Origin: an uncultured virus (IMG/VR IMGVR_UViG_3300048599_000797)
Taxonomy: Duplodnaviria > Heunggongvirae > Uroviricota > Caudoviricetes
Reading direction: 5' to 3' (one strand)
IMG/VR virus record: IMGVR_UViG_3300048599_000797
Length of the DNA stretch: 64,000 bases
The notes beneath the pieces are model-generated. The model ran no database searches. It saw only the letters and a program-made list of their open reading frames with translations, and had not been told where the DNA came from. Made by a program: the position numbers and the translations under genes. Shown here piece by piece: positions 54,577 to 63,350 of this stretch (its first letter is position 1; every line of letters starts with the position of its first letter).

Positions 54577-54858
54577 TTACCGACGCAGGCGCCAGAGCAG
54601 GCGGTGGTGGCGAACGCGATGGGCTCGCCTCTCCTGCGCGGCGGTATGTTTCACCTGGTGCACCCTCGCCACGGGCTTGGGGGCCGCGGCCTTTTCGAGG
54701 GCCGGCACCTCCTGGGCCAGCGGCGCTTTTGCCAAGACCAGCAAACTATATTTGCCGTTGTGGCAGGGGTTCGTGGGCTTCGCATCGGCCGTGCTCAACA
54801 GCAGGCCGGCGAGAGCCAGGCAGACCAGGGGAAGTAGAAGCACCTGATAACCTCGCAT
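54577..54858 (-). CDS. Small secreted protein with Arg/His-rich tail
   Basis: Signal peptide; AGGAGG RBS. Confidence 0.55.
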   Translation of the reverse strand: MRGYQVLLLPLVCLALAGLLLSTADAKPTNPCHNGKYSLLVLAKAPLAQEVPALEKAAAPKPVARVHQVKHTAAQERRAHRVRHHRLLWRLRR

Positions 54859-54872
54859 CGCAAACATCCTCC

Positions 54873-55301
54873 TTACTTTGAGGTGGTGGTGGTGGTTGAA
54901 GTCGTCGGCGCCTCGGTGGTGACGCGGACGCCGATCGCGGCCTCGGGCGTGGCCGTGCTCACCGCCGGCGCCGCTGGCTTGCGGAACCAGTCCAGCGCCC
55001 GCTGCGCGGCCAGGCCGCTTCCCGCACCGCCGGCCAGCAGCGCGGCCACCGCCGCTGCCTTGCCGATTGTCGATAGTCCCGAGCTCTGCGGCGCCGCTTC
55101 CGCGGGCGAACTCGGAGCAATCGCCTGCTGGTAGTAGTTGTTGGTCACCGGCGAATCCACGTAGGTCTGCATCTCCTCGCCCTCGTCACTTCCCGCTTGA
55201 TCCACCGGACTCGCTGTCGCCTCGGGCCAGGCCGCGCCGAAGCGCGCCTTGGCCAACGTCTCTTGCAGGCGGTGATTGAAATCGTGCGCGGCGTCAACCA
55301 C
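54873..55301 (-). CDS. Hypothetical protein with C-terminal TM (start uncertain; frame open to 55415)
   Basis: AAAVAALLAGGAG segment; Thr-rich end. Confidence 0.5.
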   Translation of the reverse strand: MVDAAHDFNHRLQETLAKARFGAAWPEATASPVDQAGSDEGEEMQTYVDSPVTNNYYQQAIAPSSPAEAAPQSSGLSTIGKAAAVAALLAGGAGSGLAAQRALDWFRKPAAPAVSTATPEAAIGVRVTTEAPTTSTTTTTSK

Positions 55302-55521
55302 CTTGCGGTTCCGTGCCAGCAGTTGGAGCTGGTCCGTTGCCGCCGCCGTCGCCGTCAGCTTGGCCAGGGAGGCCAAGTTCTCGGCGCAGGTCGTCGATGC
55401 GCTGCTGTTGCTCACGCCGTAACTCCTCCACGCGTTGGCCGATCAGCGGGGTGAGGGTGTCGGCGCGGGTGCCGAAACCCTCCACCGCCGCTGTTCGGAG
55501 CTGGGCCAGGAACGGATCCAC
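55294..55521 (-). CDS. Hypothetical protein
   Basis: 75-aa ORF filling the gap. Confidence 0.45.
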   Translation of the reverse strand: MDPFLAQLRTAAVEGFGTRADTLTPLIGQRVEELRREQQQRIDDLRRELGLPGQADGDGGGNGPAPTAGTEPQGG

Positions 55522-55523
55522 GA

Positions 55524-55853
55524 CTACGAGGTCGCCGGCTTGATCGCGCTCGGGGCGACGACGAACTGGGGTTGCCCCATCACGCTCCGCTGATCGAGAA
55601 TCCGCGAAGCGAGGCCGTTCTCGAGCTGACCGGCCGCGTGCGCGTTGACCAAAGCGAACGCCTGGTTCGCCGTGTTGCGGAGCAGTTCGGCGACCTTCAT
55701 GTCGCCACTGATCGCCGAGTTTTGCAGCACGCGCATCGTGTTCTGCTGCTCAGCGAACTGCTGATCCAACACCTTTTCCACGGTTGGGTCGATCGTGGTC
55801 GCCATAGAAGACTCCTCTGTGCCTACTGGCACGGTTACGATTGGGTCGGCCAT
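55524..55853 (-). CDS. Hypothetical helical protein
   Basis: Gln/Ala-rich; alternative start 55805. Confidence 0.55.
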   Translation of the reverse strand: MADPIVTVPVGTEESSMATTIDPTVEKVLDQQFAEQQNTMRVLQNSAISGDMKVAELLRNTANQAFALVNAHAAGQLENGLASRILDQRSVMGQPQFVVAPSAIKPATS

Positions 55854-55865
55854 GTGCCGCCGCCC

Positions 55866-56885
55866 TCAGTGGTTGCGCACCGTGATGACCTGGATGTGCA
55901 GAGTGGCGCCCGACGGTGCTGCGAGCGTCTGCACTTGGTTGCCTTGGGGATCGGTAATCGTCAGCGGTTTGCCGTCCGCGCCGTAGAAATGCAGCACCGC
56001 CGGCGGCGCCGGAGCCGGCGGCTGCGTGGTCGGTTGTGTCGGCGGGGTGGGCTGAGCCGGTTGACTCGGCTGAGGTTGCGGCGGCTGTTGCGATGGCAGC
56101 GGTAGCGGCGGCTGCAGCGGCGCGACCGGCTGCGTGGGCGTGGTGATCGTGGTCGTGATCACCGGGACCAGCGGGCGATCGAGCGGCCGTAGCAGGCCCG
56201 CCAGCCACCTGCGGATCCAGCCGCACCACGTGCCGTAGTGGTGCCCGTCGCGCGAGCCCCACACGATCGCCACCACCTGCCCCTGCTGGTTGAGCACCGC
56301 GGCGCCGGAGTCGCCGTTGCGCCCCTCGCCCGTGATCTGCACCCAGTCGTACGGGCCTTTGACGGCGATTTGCACGTAGCCCACCACGCGCCCGGAAAGC
56401 GGGCGGTAGATGCGGTTGGCAAACCCGGTCATCACCGTCACCGTGCCCGGCTGCGGCGGATCGGCGGCCAGCGGCCGCACGGGAAGTCGTGGGTCGGCGA
56501 TCGACAACGCCAGCAGATCGCGCTGCGGTTCGGCCCCCAGCACGCGCGCCGCGAAGGCCGCGCCGGTGTAGGTATACACCACCACGCTATCGCCGCCGTC
56601 GCGCATGCCATGCCAGCAGGTGAGCACCACGGCCGTGGTGCCGTTGGCCTCGACGATCACGCCGCTGGTCCAGAAAATCCCGCTTTTCGCATACACCGCC
56701 ACGCTCACCGTCGATGGGTCGGGCGCCTCTTGCACGGCATTGGCGCCCTGCGTGATCGAGCATCTGCCGTCGGCACACGGGGTGCCGGGAGCGCACGGTC
56801 CGCCGCCGCCGACAAACGTCGTCGGCTGCTGGCCGAGGGTCGCAGTACTCACGAGCGCTGCTACGATCGCCGCCGCGAATCGCAT
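55866..56885 (-). CDS. Secreted trypsin-like serine protease with Pro/Gln/Thr linker
   Basis: Signal peptide; LTCWH, DLLAL, GDSGAAV triad. Confidence 0.88.
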   Translation of the reverse strand: MRFAAAIVAALVSTATLGQQPTTFVGGGGPCAPGTPCADGRCSITQGANAVQEAPDPSTVSVAVYAKSGIFWTSGVIVEANGTTAVVLTCWHGMRDGGDSVVVYTYTGAAFAARVLGAEPQRDLLALSIADPRLPVRPLAADPPQPGTVTVMTGFANRIYRPLSGRVVGYVQIAVKGPYDWVQITGEGRNGDSGAAVLNQQGQVVAIVWGSRDGHHYGTWCGWIRRWLAGLLRPLDRPLVPVITTTITTPTQPVAPLQPPLPLPSQQPPQPQPSQPAQPTPPTQPTTQPPAPAPPAVLHFYGADGKPLTITDPQGNQVQTLAAPSGATLHIQVITVRNH

Positions 56886-56887
56886 GG

Positions 56888-57469
56888 CTATTCCCCGGGA
56901 ACGAGGGTGTGGTCGAAGCGGAAAAACGGCGAGCGGGCCAGATCGGCCGGCTCGGTGATCTCGTCGGCCAGGTGCTGCACCGGATCCACGCCGCCGCCGA
57001 GGCGGTAGGCCATCGAGCACGCCTGGCTGCAGAACGGCGGGCGGTGCGAGGGATGCAGATCGTCCGTCTGCGGCTTGCGCACAAAACGCACCAGCGGCAG
57101 ATGCAGCAGGCCGGCCTGGAGCACGCCTAAGTAGCCGTAAGGGCAACCGCACAGCCGTCGCATGTAGGCCGCGGCGCCGTCGCGGTTAAATTCCGGCCAC
57201 CGGCCTTGGGGATTGGCCACGTAGTGATCGATCGCGCCGGGGAATTTGGCGACCTGGCTGGAAAGCATCACCGCGCGGCCGCCGTGCCACTCGCGCACCT
57301 CGACCGCGAACAGGTCGTCGCCCCACCACACGGCCATCGCCGCGTGTGTGTACTCGCTACGGCCGGCCACGGCGATCAGGCGGATCGTGCCGCGAAACAG
57401 CAACAGGTCGCCGGTGGCGATCTGCCGCCGGACGGCGGCATACGCTCGTGGTTTAGGATCCTGAAGCAC
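56888..57469 (-). CDS. Permuted papain-like NlpC/P60 (YiiX/YebB-like) enzyme
   Basis: GDLLLFRG...YTHAAM...G.PY...FCSQ...P.DL. Confidence 0.82.
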   Translation of the reverse strand: MLQDPKPRAYAAVRRQIATGDLLLFRGTIRLIAVAGRSEYTHAAMAVWWGDDLFAVEVREWHGGRAVMLSSQVAKFPGAIDHYVANPQGRWPEFNRDGAAAYMRRLCGCPYGYLGVLQAGLLHLPLVRFVRKPQTDDLHPSHRPPFCSQACSMAYRLGGGVDPVQHLADEITEPADLARSPFFRFDHTLVPGE

Positions 57470-57507
57470 GGGCTAGCTCGCGCGAGGGGAATGGTTAATT
57501 CCCCGGC

Positions 57508-57542
57508 GTTCTAGCCCGCGGAAAAATTTCCGCCAAATCGGC
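57508..57542 (-). promoter_or_regulatory. Putative late promoter
   Basis: gccgat-TTGGCG-17-TAGAAC; matches 44085-44116. Confidence 0.55.
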
Positions 57543-58070
57543 TCAGATTTTTTCGAGCACGAGCAGGATCCCCGGCTCGAGGCCCTTGATGATCCGGGGC
57601 GGAAAGATCTTCAGCTCGCGATCGTTGGCGAATACGCCACCGTCGGCCAAGCCGTCGATCGCCGGCTTGAGGGCGGCGATCAAATTATCGGGGTCGGGAT
57701 GCCGCCGCGTGGGGTACACGGCCACGATTTGCAGCGTGGCCCGTTTCCACGCACCCCGCATCCCGGCCCGCATCCTCGCCACGGCCGCCTCGTCCGCCGT
57801 GCGCCGACGGAGGGACTTCGCAATGCGACCTTTTTCCGCCCAGTGCACTCCTCGCGCCCGATTCGGCAGCAGCACCGGGTTGATCGGCGGAACCCGTACC
57901 GCCAGGCGGAGCACCACGAGCTCCTCGGGCAATGGCGGCAGCCGCTGGGGCTTGTCCGGCTTCCGTCGCTTGCGTTTGGCCGGCCGGGCCGCCGGCGCGT
58001 CGACGAAGCCCTGGAACGATCCTGGGAGCTTCGCCGACACGCCGGTGATTAGTCCCTTGGGAAGTCCCAC
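57543..58070 (-). CDS. RusA-like Holliday junction resolvase
   Basis: PN.....HW; DPDNLIAALKPAIDGL...ND. Confidence 0.78.
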   Translation of the reverse strand: MGLPKGLITGVSAKLPGSFQGFVDAPAARPAKRKRRKPDKPQRLPPLPEELVVLRLAVRVPPINPVLLPNRARGVHWAEKGRIAKSLRRRTADEAAVARMRAGMRGAWKRATLQIVAVYPTRRHPDPDNLIAALKPAIDGLADGGVFANDRELKIFPPRIIKGLEPGILLVLEKI

Positions 58071-58265
58071 TCAGTCCTCCTTGGCCCACCGCAGGGCCTC
58101 CCGGGCAATCTGCCGCGACACGGGATGGCCGCCGGATTTGTTTTTTGCGGCGATGGCCAGGTTGCGCCGGAATAACTTCGACTGGGGGTCGCATTTGCTG
58201 CGTGACCTTGTGGAGATCCACGCGCGGACGCGGGCCCATTCGACGGCCGACAAGGATTCGATCAT
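58071..58265 (-). CDS. Hypothetical protein
   Basis: ATGA coupling. Confidence 0.5.
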   Translation of the reverse strand: MIESLSAVEWARVRAWISTRSRSKCDPQSKLFRRNLAIAAKNKSGGHPVSRQIAREALRWAKED

Positions 58266-58717
58266 GACTCGTTGACTCCAGCCCAGAACAGTTGCTCCTC
58301 GACGACTTTCAGGGGCACGTCGAACAGCCCCTGGGCGCCACGATAGGGGATCGGCCGCTGAAATCGTCGCGCATCGTTGAGCACCCAGGCGCAGGGGCCC
58401 TCGGTGTGCTGATGCGTTTCCAGCCACGGGTATCTTTGCGCGTCCTCGGCCCGCCGCGGATCGCCCAGCGAGTTGACCTCGACGCAATCCACGAGCGCCA
58501 CGACCCCCACGATCGCCCCATAAATCAGGGCCTCGAAATGGTGCGGAAAACTGTTCAGCCACCTCTTCGAGAGTCCGGCGTGGATCAGCAGCAGTCCCCG
58601 GTACCGCGTGGACCAGGTGCGGTTCTCGACTCGCTTCTGGAAGATGAACCGCGGCAGCTCGGCCTGCGGGGTGACGATGAGGTGGGCGTAGGGTTGGCAA
58701 ATCGTGAGACACTTCAT
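58262..58717 (-). CDS. ASCH domain protein
   Basis: LTICQPYA.LI...KRVENRTW.T.YRG.LLIHAG; GAIVG; RGAQGLF. Confidence 0.9.
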   Translation of the reverse strand: MKCLTICQPYAHLIVTPQAELPRFIFQKRVENRTWSTRYRGLLLIHAGLSKRWLNSFPHHFEALIYGAIVGVVALVDCVEVNSLGDPRRAEDAQRYPWLETHQHTEGPCAWVLNDARRFQRPIPYRGAQGLFDVPLKVVEEQLFWAGVNES

Positions 58718-58723
58718 CGCCGA

Positions 58724-59182
58724 CTAGCCTCCCAGATCGGTGCGCAGGCCATCGAGTTTATGCTCGAGCTCCCACACTCGCCGCTCGAGGGTCTCGATCC
58801 GCTCGGCCTGGCTCAGCACCACCTCGTCCACGCGCTTTTCCAGCTTGCCGATCCGGCCAAACAGTTCGCGGGTGTGTCTCTTGTCGTCATGCCCTCCCTC
58901 GGTCTGCTTCCCGTAGACCTTGAGCTTCCGCCAGCCGAGCGCGTTGCGCATGTATTCAATCTGCGATTCGGTCATCTCGAACGCCAGCGATTGGGAGCAT
59001 ACACGGTGCAACTTGATGGTCCCCAGATGCTCGAGCGTCTCCCGCCGCTCCTGCAGGAACGTGAGCAGTTCGTTGCGTTCGAGAATCGTCAAGCAGCGGC
59101 GTTTCTTCTTCTGCTGATCCTCGGGTTCGATGGGGCTCTGCGGGACGTGATCAAACAGCGGCGTTCCATTGGCGTTCGACAT
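58724..59182 (-). CDS. Hypothetical protein
   Basis: AGGAG RBS; coiled-coil C-terminus. Confidence 0.6.
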   Translation of the reverse strand: MSNANGTPLFDHVPQSPIEPEDQQKKKRRCLTILERNELLTFLQERRETLEHLGTIKLHRVCSQSLAFEMTESQIEYMRNALGWRKLKVYGKQTEGGHDDKRHTRELFGRIGKLEKRVDEVVLSQAERIETLERRVWELEHKLDGLRTDLGG

Positions 59183-59210
59183 TCTGCGTTCTCCTGAAGA
59201 AAAGGGGTTT

Positions 59211-59438
59211 TCACTTCACGATCGCCGCCAGGATCTCCTCCTTGAGCGGCTTCACGCCGAGCTCTTCGGCCACGGCGTACACAATCTCCCGAAAATCCAA
59301 CCACGTGGATCCGGCGGCGCTCACGGCGCCGCAGCCCGGGGTTTCGATCCGCACCACCTCGTCGGCCATCACATTCGTCATCCGCGCCACGGCGTTCTCC
59401 TTCCTGCTAAGCGATTTGGGCCGGCCGCTCCTGGTCAC
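59211..59438 (-). CDS. Hypothetical protein
   Basis: Short ORF in operon; start uncertain. Confidence 0.45.
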   Translation of the reverse strand: MTRSGRPKSLSRKENAVARMTNVMADEVVRIETPGCGAVSAAGSTWLDFREIVYAVAEELGVKPLKEEILAAIVK

Positions 59439-59883
59439 GGACCCAAATCGCGGCCATCACGGTCAGCTCCAGCGAATTCTTCAGGCCCAGGCGGCGCTGG
59501 ATCTCCGCCAGGTGCGTTTCCACGGTCTTCACGCCGAGACGCAGCTCGGCGGCGATCTCGTGCGTGGTATACGCGCAGCCCCGGAGCCGGAACACCTCGC
59601 GCTGCCGCTTGCTGAGCTTGCAGAGCGGCGCGTCCGCCTCCTGTTTCCACAACCGGCACGCGGGATCCGCGGCACGAATATCGGTTGCAGGCCCGTGAGT
59701 CCAGTGATCCCTGAGCAGTCCACACTTGCGCCACCGCTTACCGTGGTAGTTCACCCGGCAGTAGTGGGCGCACGTGCGACAGGTTTCGCCGGCCGGGCCG
59801 GTACCGGGCAGCGCCGGGTGGGCCTTGTCGATCTTCCGCTTCGAGGGTTCGTCGGCGATCTCCTCGCCAAACAGGCTTGTCAT
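59407..59883 (-). CDS. Zn-finger plus LuxR-type HTH regulator
   Basis: GTGPAGETCRTC; LSKRQREVFRL...T..EIA.EL.LG.KTVETH...I..RLG. Confidence 0.8.
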   Translation of the reverse strand: MTSLFGEEIADEPSKRKIDKAHPALPGTGPAGETCRTCAHYCRVNYHGKRWRKCGLLRDHWTHGPATDIRAADPACRLWKQEADAPLCKLSKRQREVFRLRGCAYTTHEIAAELRLGVKTVETHLAEIQRRLGLKNSLELTVMAAIWVRDQERPAQIA

Positions 59884-60221
59884 AGTGCTTTCGGCTCCTC
59901 CACGAGTCGGTACAGCAGGCTGCCTGGGTACATCCGCAGGCACTCGCCGCAGATAACACACGCCCGCCACTTGCGGGCGATGAACACTTGCGCCGCGTGC
60001 GGCGGGTTCGCCGTCCGGCCGCAGCGGCGACACCTGGGTACCGCGCCATCTTTCGCCGCGCGGGCCGCCGAGGCCACCTCCGGCCAGCGGCTGAGGGTCG
60101 ATTGGGATACGCCCAGTTGCGCGGCGATCGAGCGGAGCGTCATGCCGGCCGCAGCCAGTTCCTTGGCCTTGGCCCGCACGGACGGGTCGATCGACTTCGC
60201 GGGTTTAAGTGCGTTCGCCAT
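59880..60221 (-). CDS. HTH plus Zn-ribbon protein
   Basis: GMTLRSIAAQLGVSQSTLSRW; CRRC, CGEC. Confidence 0.7.
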   Translation of the reverse strand: MANALKPAKSIDPSVRAKAKELAAAGMTLRSIAAQLGVSQSTLSRWPEVASAARAAKDGAVPRCRRCGRTANPPHAAQVFIARKWRACVICGECLRMYPGSLLYRLVEEPKAL

Positions 60222-60963
60222 TGGGTCGTTTTCCTTCACGAATGGTCTTCGTCAGCCGTTCGATGATGGCGAGCAGATCCTCGATCCACACGCGGTTGAA
60301 ATCCTCTTGTCCCCGGTCGTAGTGGAGTCGAATCGTTTCGACGTTCCGCCTCTCCTCCGCGGTGAGCGGGTCGGAGGCCTCTTGGCAGGCCGCCGCCAGC
60401 TCCCAGAACGTCGCCTCTGGAGCACATGCATAGCAGATTGCGTCTCGGTCACACTGGAGTGGGCCGCCACACGATCCGCAGCGCGCATCCAAGTGGAATT
60501 CCCCGCCGGCCCCCGGGGTGTCGTGAGACGCGGCGGGGGCTGATAACTCCCCGCAGCCCCGGGGGCCGTGCCCTGACAATGACTCGGCCATCGCGATGAC
60601 GTCGGATAAAATCCGCGCCCATTCAGCCCACCAGGCATTTCGTTTTTCCTGCGGCCAGTGAGCGGGCAGCATGATCTCGGGTCCAGACCCTCCATCCTTG
60701 TCTCGAATCATGGCCGCCAGCCTCTCCGCTGCGGCCCTGCAGAGGGCGGAGGCATCCTGGCATGCGTGCTTGTCTCGCAATGTGGACTCGTAGTGCACAC
60801 GCCAATTTCTGGCGCCTGCCTTCGCCGCCTCCAGCTCGGCGACGAGGCGGTCACGCTGGAAGGCCAGGCGGCTGATCACGTTCGTCTGGCCGGCTGCGTT
60901 TTCAGCACCGACCATTTCGGCAATCTCTTGTTCGGTCGGCGGTATCTTCACGTCAGGTTTCAT
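60205..60963 (-). CDS. Hypothetical protein
   Basis: Coupled ORF; CGSC/CYAC. Confidence 0.55.
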   Translation of the reverse strand: MKPDVKIPPTEQEIAEMVGAENAAGQTNVISRLAFQRDRLVAELEAAKAGARNWRVHYESTLRDKHACQDASALCRAAAERLAAMIRDKDGGSGPEIMLPAHWPQEKRNAWWAEWARILSDVIAMAESLSGHGPRGCGELSAPAASHDTPGAGGEFHLDARCGSCGGPLQCDRDAICYACAPEATFWELAAACQEASDPLTAEERRNVETIRLHYDRGQEDFNRVWIEDLLAIIERLTKTIREGKRPNGERT

Positions 60964-61165
60964 CACTAGGTTCCTTCTCGCCTTTCGGCTGCTCTCGAAT
61001 CCTGCATTGGCACGGCACATGCCCACGGCCAGTCAGCACCAACGCAAAACCTTCCAGGTCAACGCGTACGTCGATTCGCGTGTCTCCGTGCCGAATCTCG
61101 ATGGCTATGTACTCCTCGCCGTCGCCGGGGATAGAGCGCGAGATTGAAAGTTTGTCGGTGCTCAC
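60953..61165 (-). CDS. Hypothetical protein
   Basis: GGAG RBS; coupled. Confidence 0.55.
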   Translation of the reverse strand: MSTDKLSISRSIPGDGEEYIAIEIRHGDTRIDVRVDLEGFALVLTGRGHVPCQCRIREQPKGEKEPSDET

Positions 61166-61168
61166 CCA

Positions 61169-61813
61169 TCACTCCCCGCCGGCCTCGGGCTCGGCGACTG
61201 GCGGCCTCAGTCGTCTTTTCAATTGGCGCATCGACAGCGCACGAAATCCGTTGACCCCAGCTAGTCGACGGATGTTTATCCGCTGTCGACTCGTCCACTG
61301 AAAGGGCCAACCGTGTCCACACCCGTCGCACTCAATCAGCCCCAGCGTCCAAAGCAAGTCGGCATCAGCTTCGGCGATCCGAATACGGACGCCACCTTGG
61401 GTGTGCATAGTCCACCTTGCCGGATCATCCGGACTAGTGATGTATCCCGATTTGTTGATTCGATGGAGATCGTCACCGCTCAGCATCCGCCGAAGGATAA
61501 CTGCCGCTCCGTGCGTAACTACGACCGACTTCGGACTGGCAAGCAGATCGAGGCACGGCACGAATACCCCAGAGGCCGGAACCAAGTACGCAAATCCGGC
61601 GATCGTAAGGTTGTTCATCTCTCCGTAGGACACGCCGCGATTCCCGAATCGCCACGGGGCAATGGCGGCGCGTTTGCGCTGCGCCGTGAAGGCATCCCGG
61701 AATAGCTTGGCAATAATCTTGTCGCGATGCGTGAGCATCGTGCAGGCGTTTACGGCATCCTGCCATCGTTTCCACGACCATCGCTGTCGATTTGTGGTTC
61801 CTTCGGTCGTCAC
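61169..61813 (-). CDS. Hypothetical protein
   Basis: 214 aa; visibly lower GC than neighbours. Confidence 0.55.
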   Translation of the reverse strand: MTTEGTTNRQRWSWKRWQDAVNACTMLTHRDKIIAKLFRDAFTAQRKRAAIAPWRFGNRGVSYGEMNNLTIAGFAYLVPASGVFVPCLDLLASPKSVVVTHGAAVILRRMLSGDDLHRINKSGYITSPDDPARWTMHTQGGVRIRIAEADADLLWTLGLIECDGCGHGWPFQWTSRQRINIRRLAGVNGFRALSMRQLKRRLRPPVAEPEAGGE

Positions 61814-61860
61814 GTTGTTATCTCCCTCCCCTCCCGCCCGCCACGCGGGCTCTAGCGTTG

Positions 61861-62040
61861 TCAGTCGCGACTCGCCGCTTCAACCATCCCATGCACGCGG
61901 TTGCAGATGAACTCGATCTGCTTCAGTTCCTGTTGCGTCTCGGGGCAATGGAGCGAAACCGTCGCGGTCACATCCTTCGCTAACGCCCGTAACGCAGTAA
62001 GTTGGCCTTGCAGCCACGCCTTGCTAATACAGTCCATCAT
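61861..62040 (-). CDS. Hypothetical protein
   Basis: TGATG coupling. Confidence 0.45.
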   Translation of the reverse strand: MMDCISKAWLQGQLTALRALAKDVTATVSLHCPETQQELKQIEFICNRVHGMVEAASRD

Positions 62041-62330
62041 CACCCCTCCCCGGCCTGCTCGCCCTTCGCTAAAGCGGCCTCGACCGCCTCGGCCCAGGCC
62101 GTGTACTTGTGCTCGGCCTCCTTGAACGATTCGTAATACCGCTTCCGTTGCTGGTCTGAGTAGCGTCCCCAGCGGTTCTCGCCGCGTTGGCACTTGTATG
62201 CTTGCGTGGCGTGCTTCTGCGCGAGCTTGCGCAGGTAGATCGCCAGGTGAAACAGCGGCTGCGACATGAGCGCTCGGCCGCATTGCGGGCAGAACGGGGT
62301 GTCGCGATTCTTCTTGCAGCATTGGACCAT
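62040..62330 (-). CDS. Zn-ribbon hypothetical protein
   Basis: CC...FCPQCG; TGATG coupling. Confidence 0.55.
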   Translation of the reverse strand: MVQCCKKNRDTPFCPQCGRALMSQPLFHLAIYLRKLAQKHATQAYKCQRGENRWGRYSDQQRKRYYESFKEAEHKYTAWAEAVEAALAKGEQAGEG

Positions 62331-62587
62331 CAATGCACCTCGCCTTCGGCCTTGGCGGCGATCTCCACCGCGAATCCGCACCACTCCGACGGGATCAGCT
62401 TCCGCTGGTCCGCGGTCAACGGGCGGTTCGGCTGGACGTGCAGGACGCCCGATCGGGCCTTTACCCACTTTCCGTTGACGCATCGGCTCGTGGTGTACCC
62501 GACCATAGACGAGATCCCGAGGCGGGATAGCTCATCGAGGAGCGAGCAACAGGCGCGGTCGCGTTTCGTGCGTACGTAGGATTTCAT
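62330..62587 (-). CDS. Hypothetical protein
   Basis: ATGA coupling. Confidence 0.5.
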   Translation of the reverse strand: MKSYVRTKRDRACCSLLDELSRLGISSMVGYTTSRCVNGKWVKARSGVLHVQPNRPLTADQRKLIPSEWCGFAVEIAAKAEGEVH

Positions 62588-63048
62588 GTGTGATGCTCTC
62601 CCTCAAGCAACAGCTCGCACCAATCGCAAATCCGGCCGGCGCACACGTCGCGGATGCCGTCCCAGTCGGCCGGGTAGTCCGGCCCAGCGCCGCGTTGCTC
62701 CGAGTGGAAGCTCACCTGGCCGGTAGGGAGATCCACGTACAGCACCCAGCGGTGGTAGCTCTGTTCCGGGTCGATCTTCCAGCCCCAACGAATGCCGAGC
62801 TCGGCCGCGTGCCGGCCCAGCACCTGGACCAGGTTGCCCATCGACCATTGCTTGCGGTCGTAGGCCATGTCCCGGTACCGGCCTTTGCCAGCGATGCCGC
62901 CGCGGTAGACCTTGGCCCTGGCCGAGCACTTCTGCGCGCGAAACAGATTCAACGCCACGGCGCCAACCGGTCCCAATTCTCCCAGGCGAGCATAAAGAGC
63001 CTTGGTCGCTTCGCCGTCGCTGGCCAGGTAGATCTGGTGAGGTGTCAT
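62584..63048 (-). CDS. Conserved phage protein (LPTGQVSFH motif)
   Basis: VLYVDLPTGQVSFH...WDG. Confidence 0.7.
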   Translation of the reverse strand: MTPHQIYLASDGEATKALYARLGELGPVGAVALNLFRAQKCSARAKVYRGGIAGKGRYRDMAYDRKQWSMGNLVQVLGRHAAELGIRWGWKIDPEQSYHRWVLYVDLPTGQVSFHSEQRGAGPDYPADWDGIRDVCAGRICDWCELLLEGEHHT

Positions 63049-63347
63049 AATCGACGCTGCCCCTTCCTCGCCATCTCCCGGCGCTCGGCCCGCTCAGCGT
63101 TGATCTCCGGCGAGCGGTAGCCGACGTCGCCGTCGTCCTGACCGTCAAACTCCCGCTTGCAGTTGGCACACCAGAAATTCCGCGGCCCGTCGGGGTGCAC
63201 ATGCTTGTCGGTCTTGCACCAAGGGCAGGGCGGGATCGGGGGCGGATCGTCGCTCGGCCGCGGCCGTGGGCAGCGGGGGCAACCGTGGTCCCCCTGCTCG
63301 TCCTCGGGCTCGGAGAAGAATCTGCGGTGGATCGGGCACCATCCCAT
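63045..63347 (-). CDS. Cys-rich Zn-ribbon protein
   Basis: CPIH, CPRC, CPWC, CANC. Confidence 0.6.
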   Translation of the reverse strand: MGWCPIHRRFFSEPEDEQGDHGCPRCPRPRPSDDPPPIPPCPWCKTDKHVHPDGPRNFWCANCKREFDGQDDGDVGYRSPEINAERAERREMARKGQRRL

Positions 63348-63350
63348 GGC

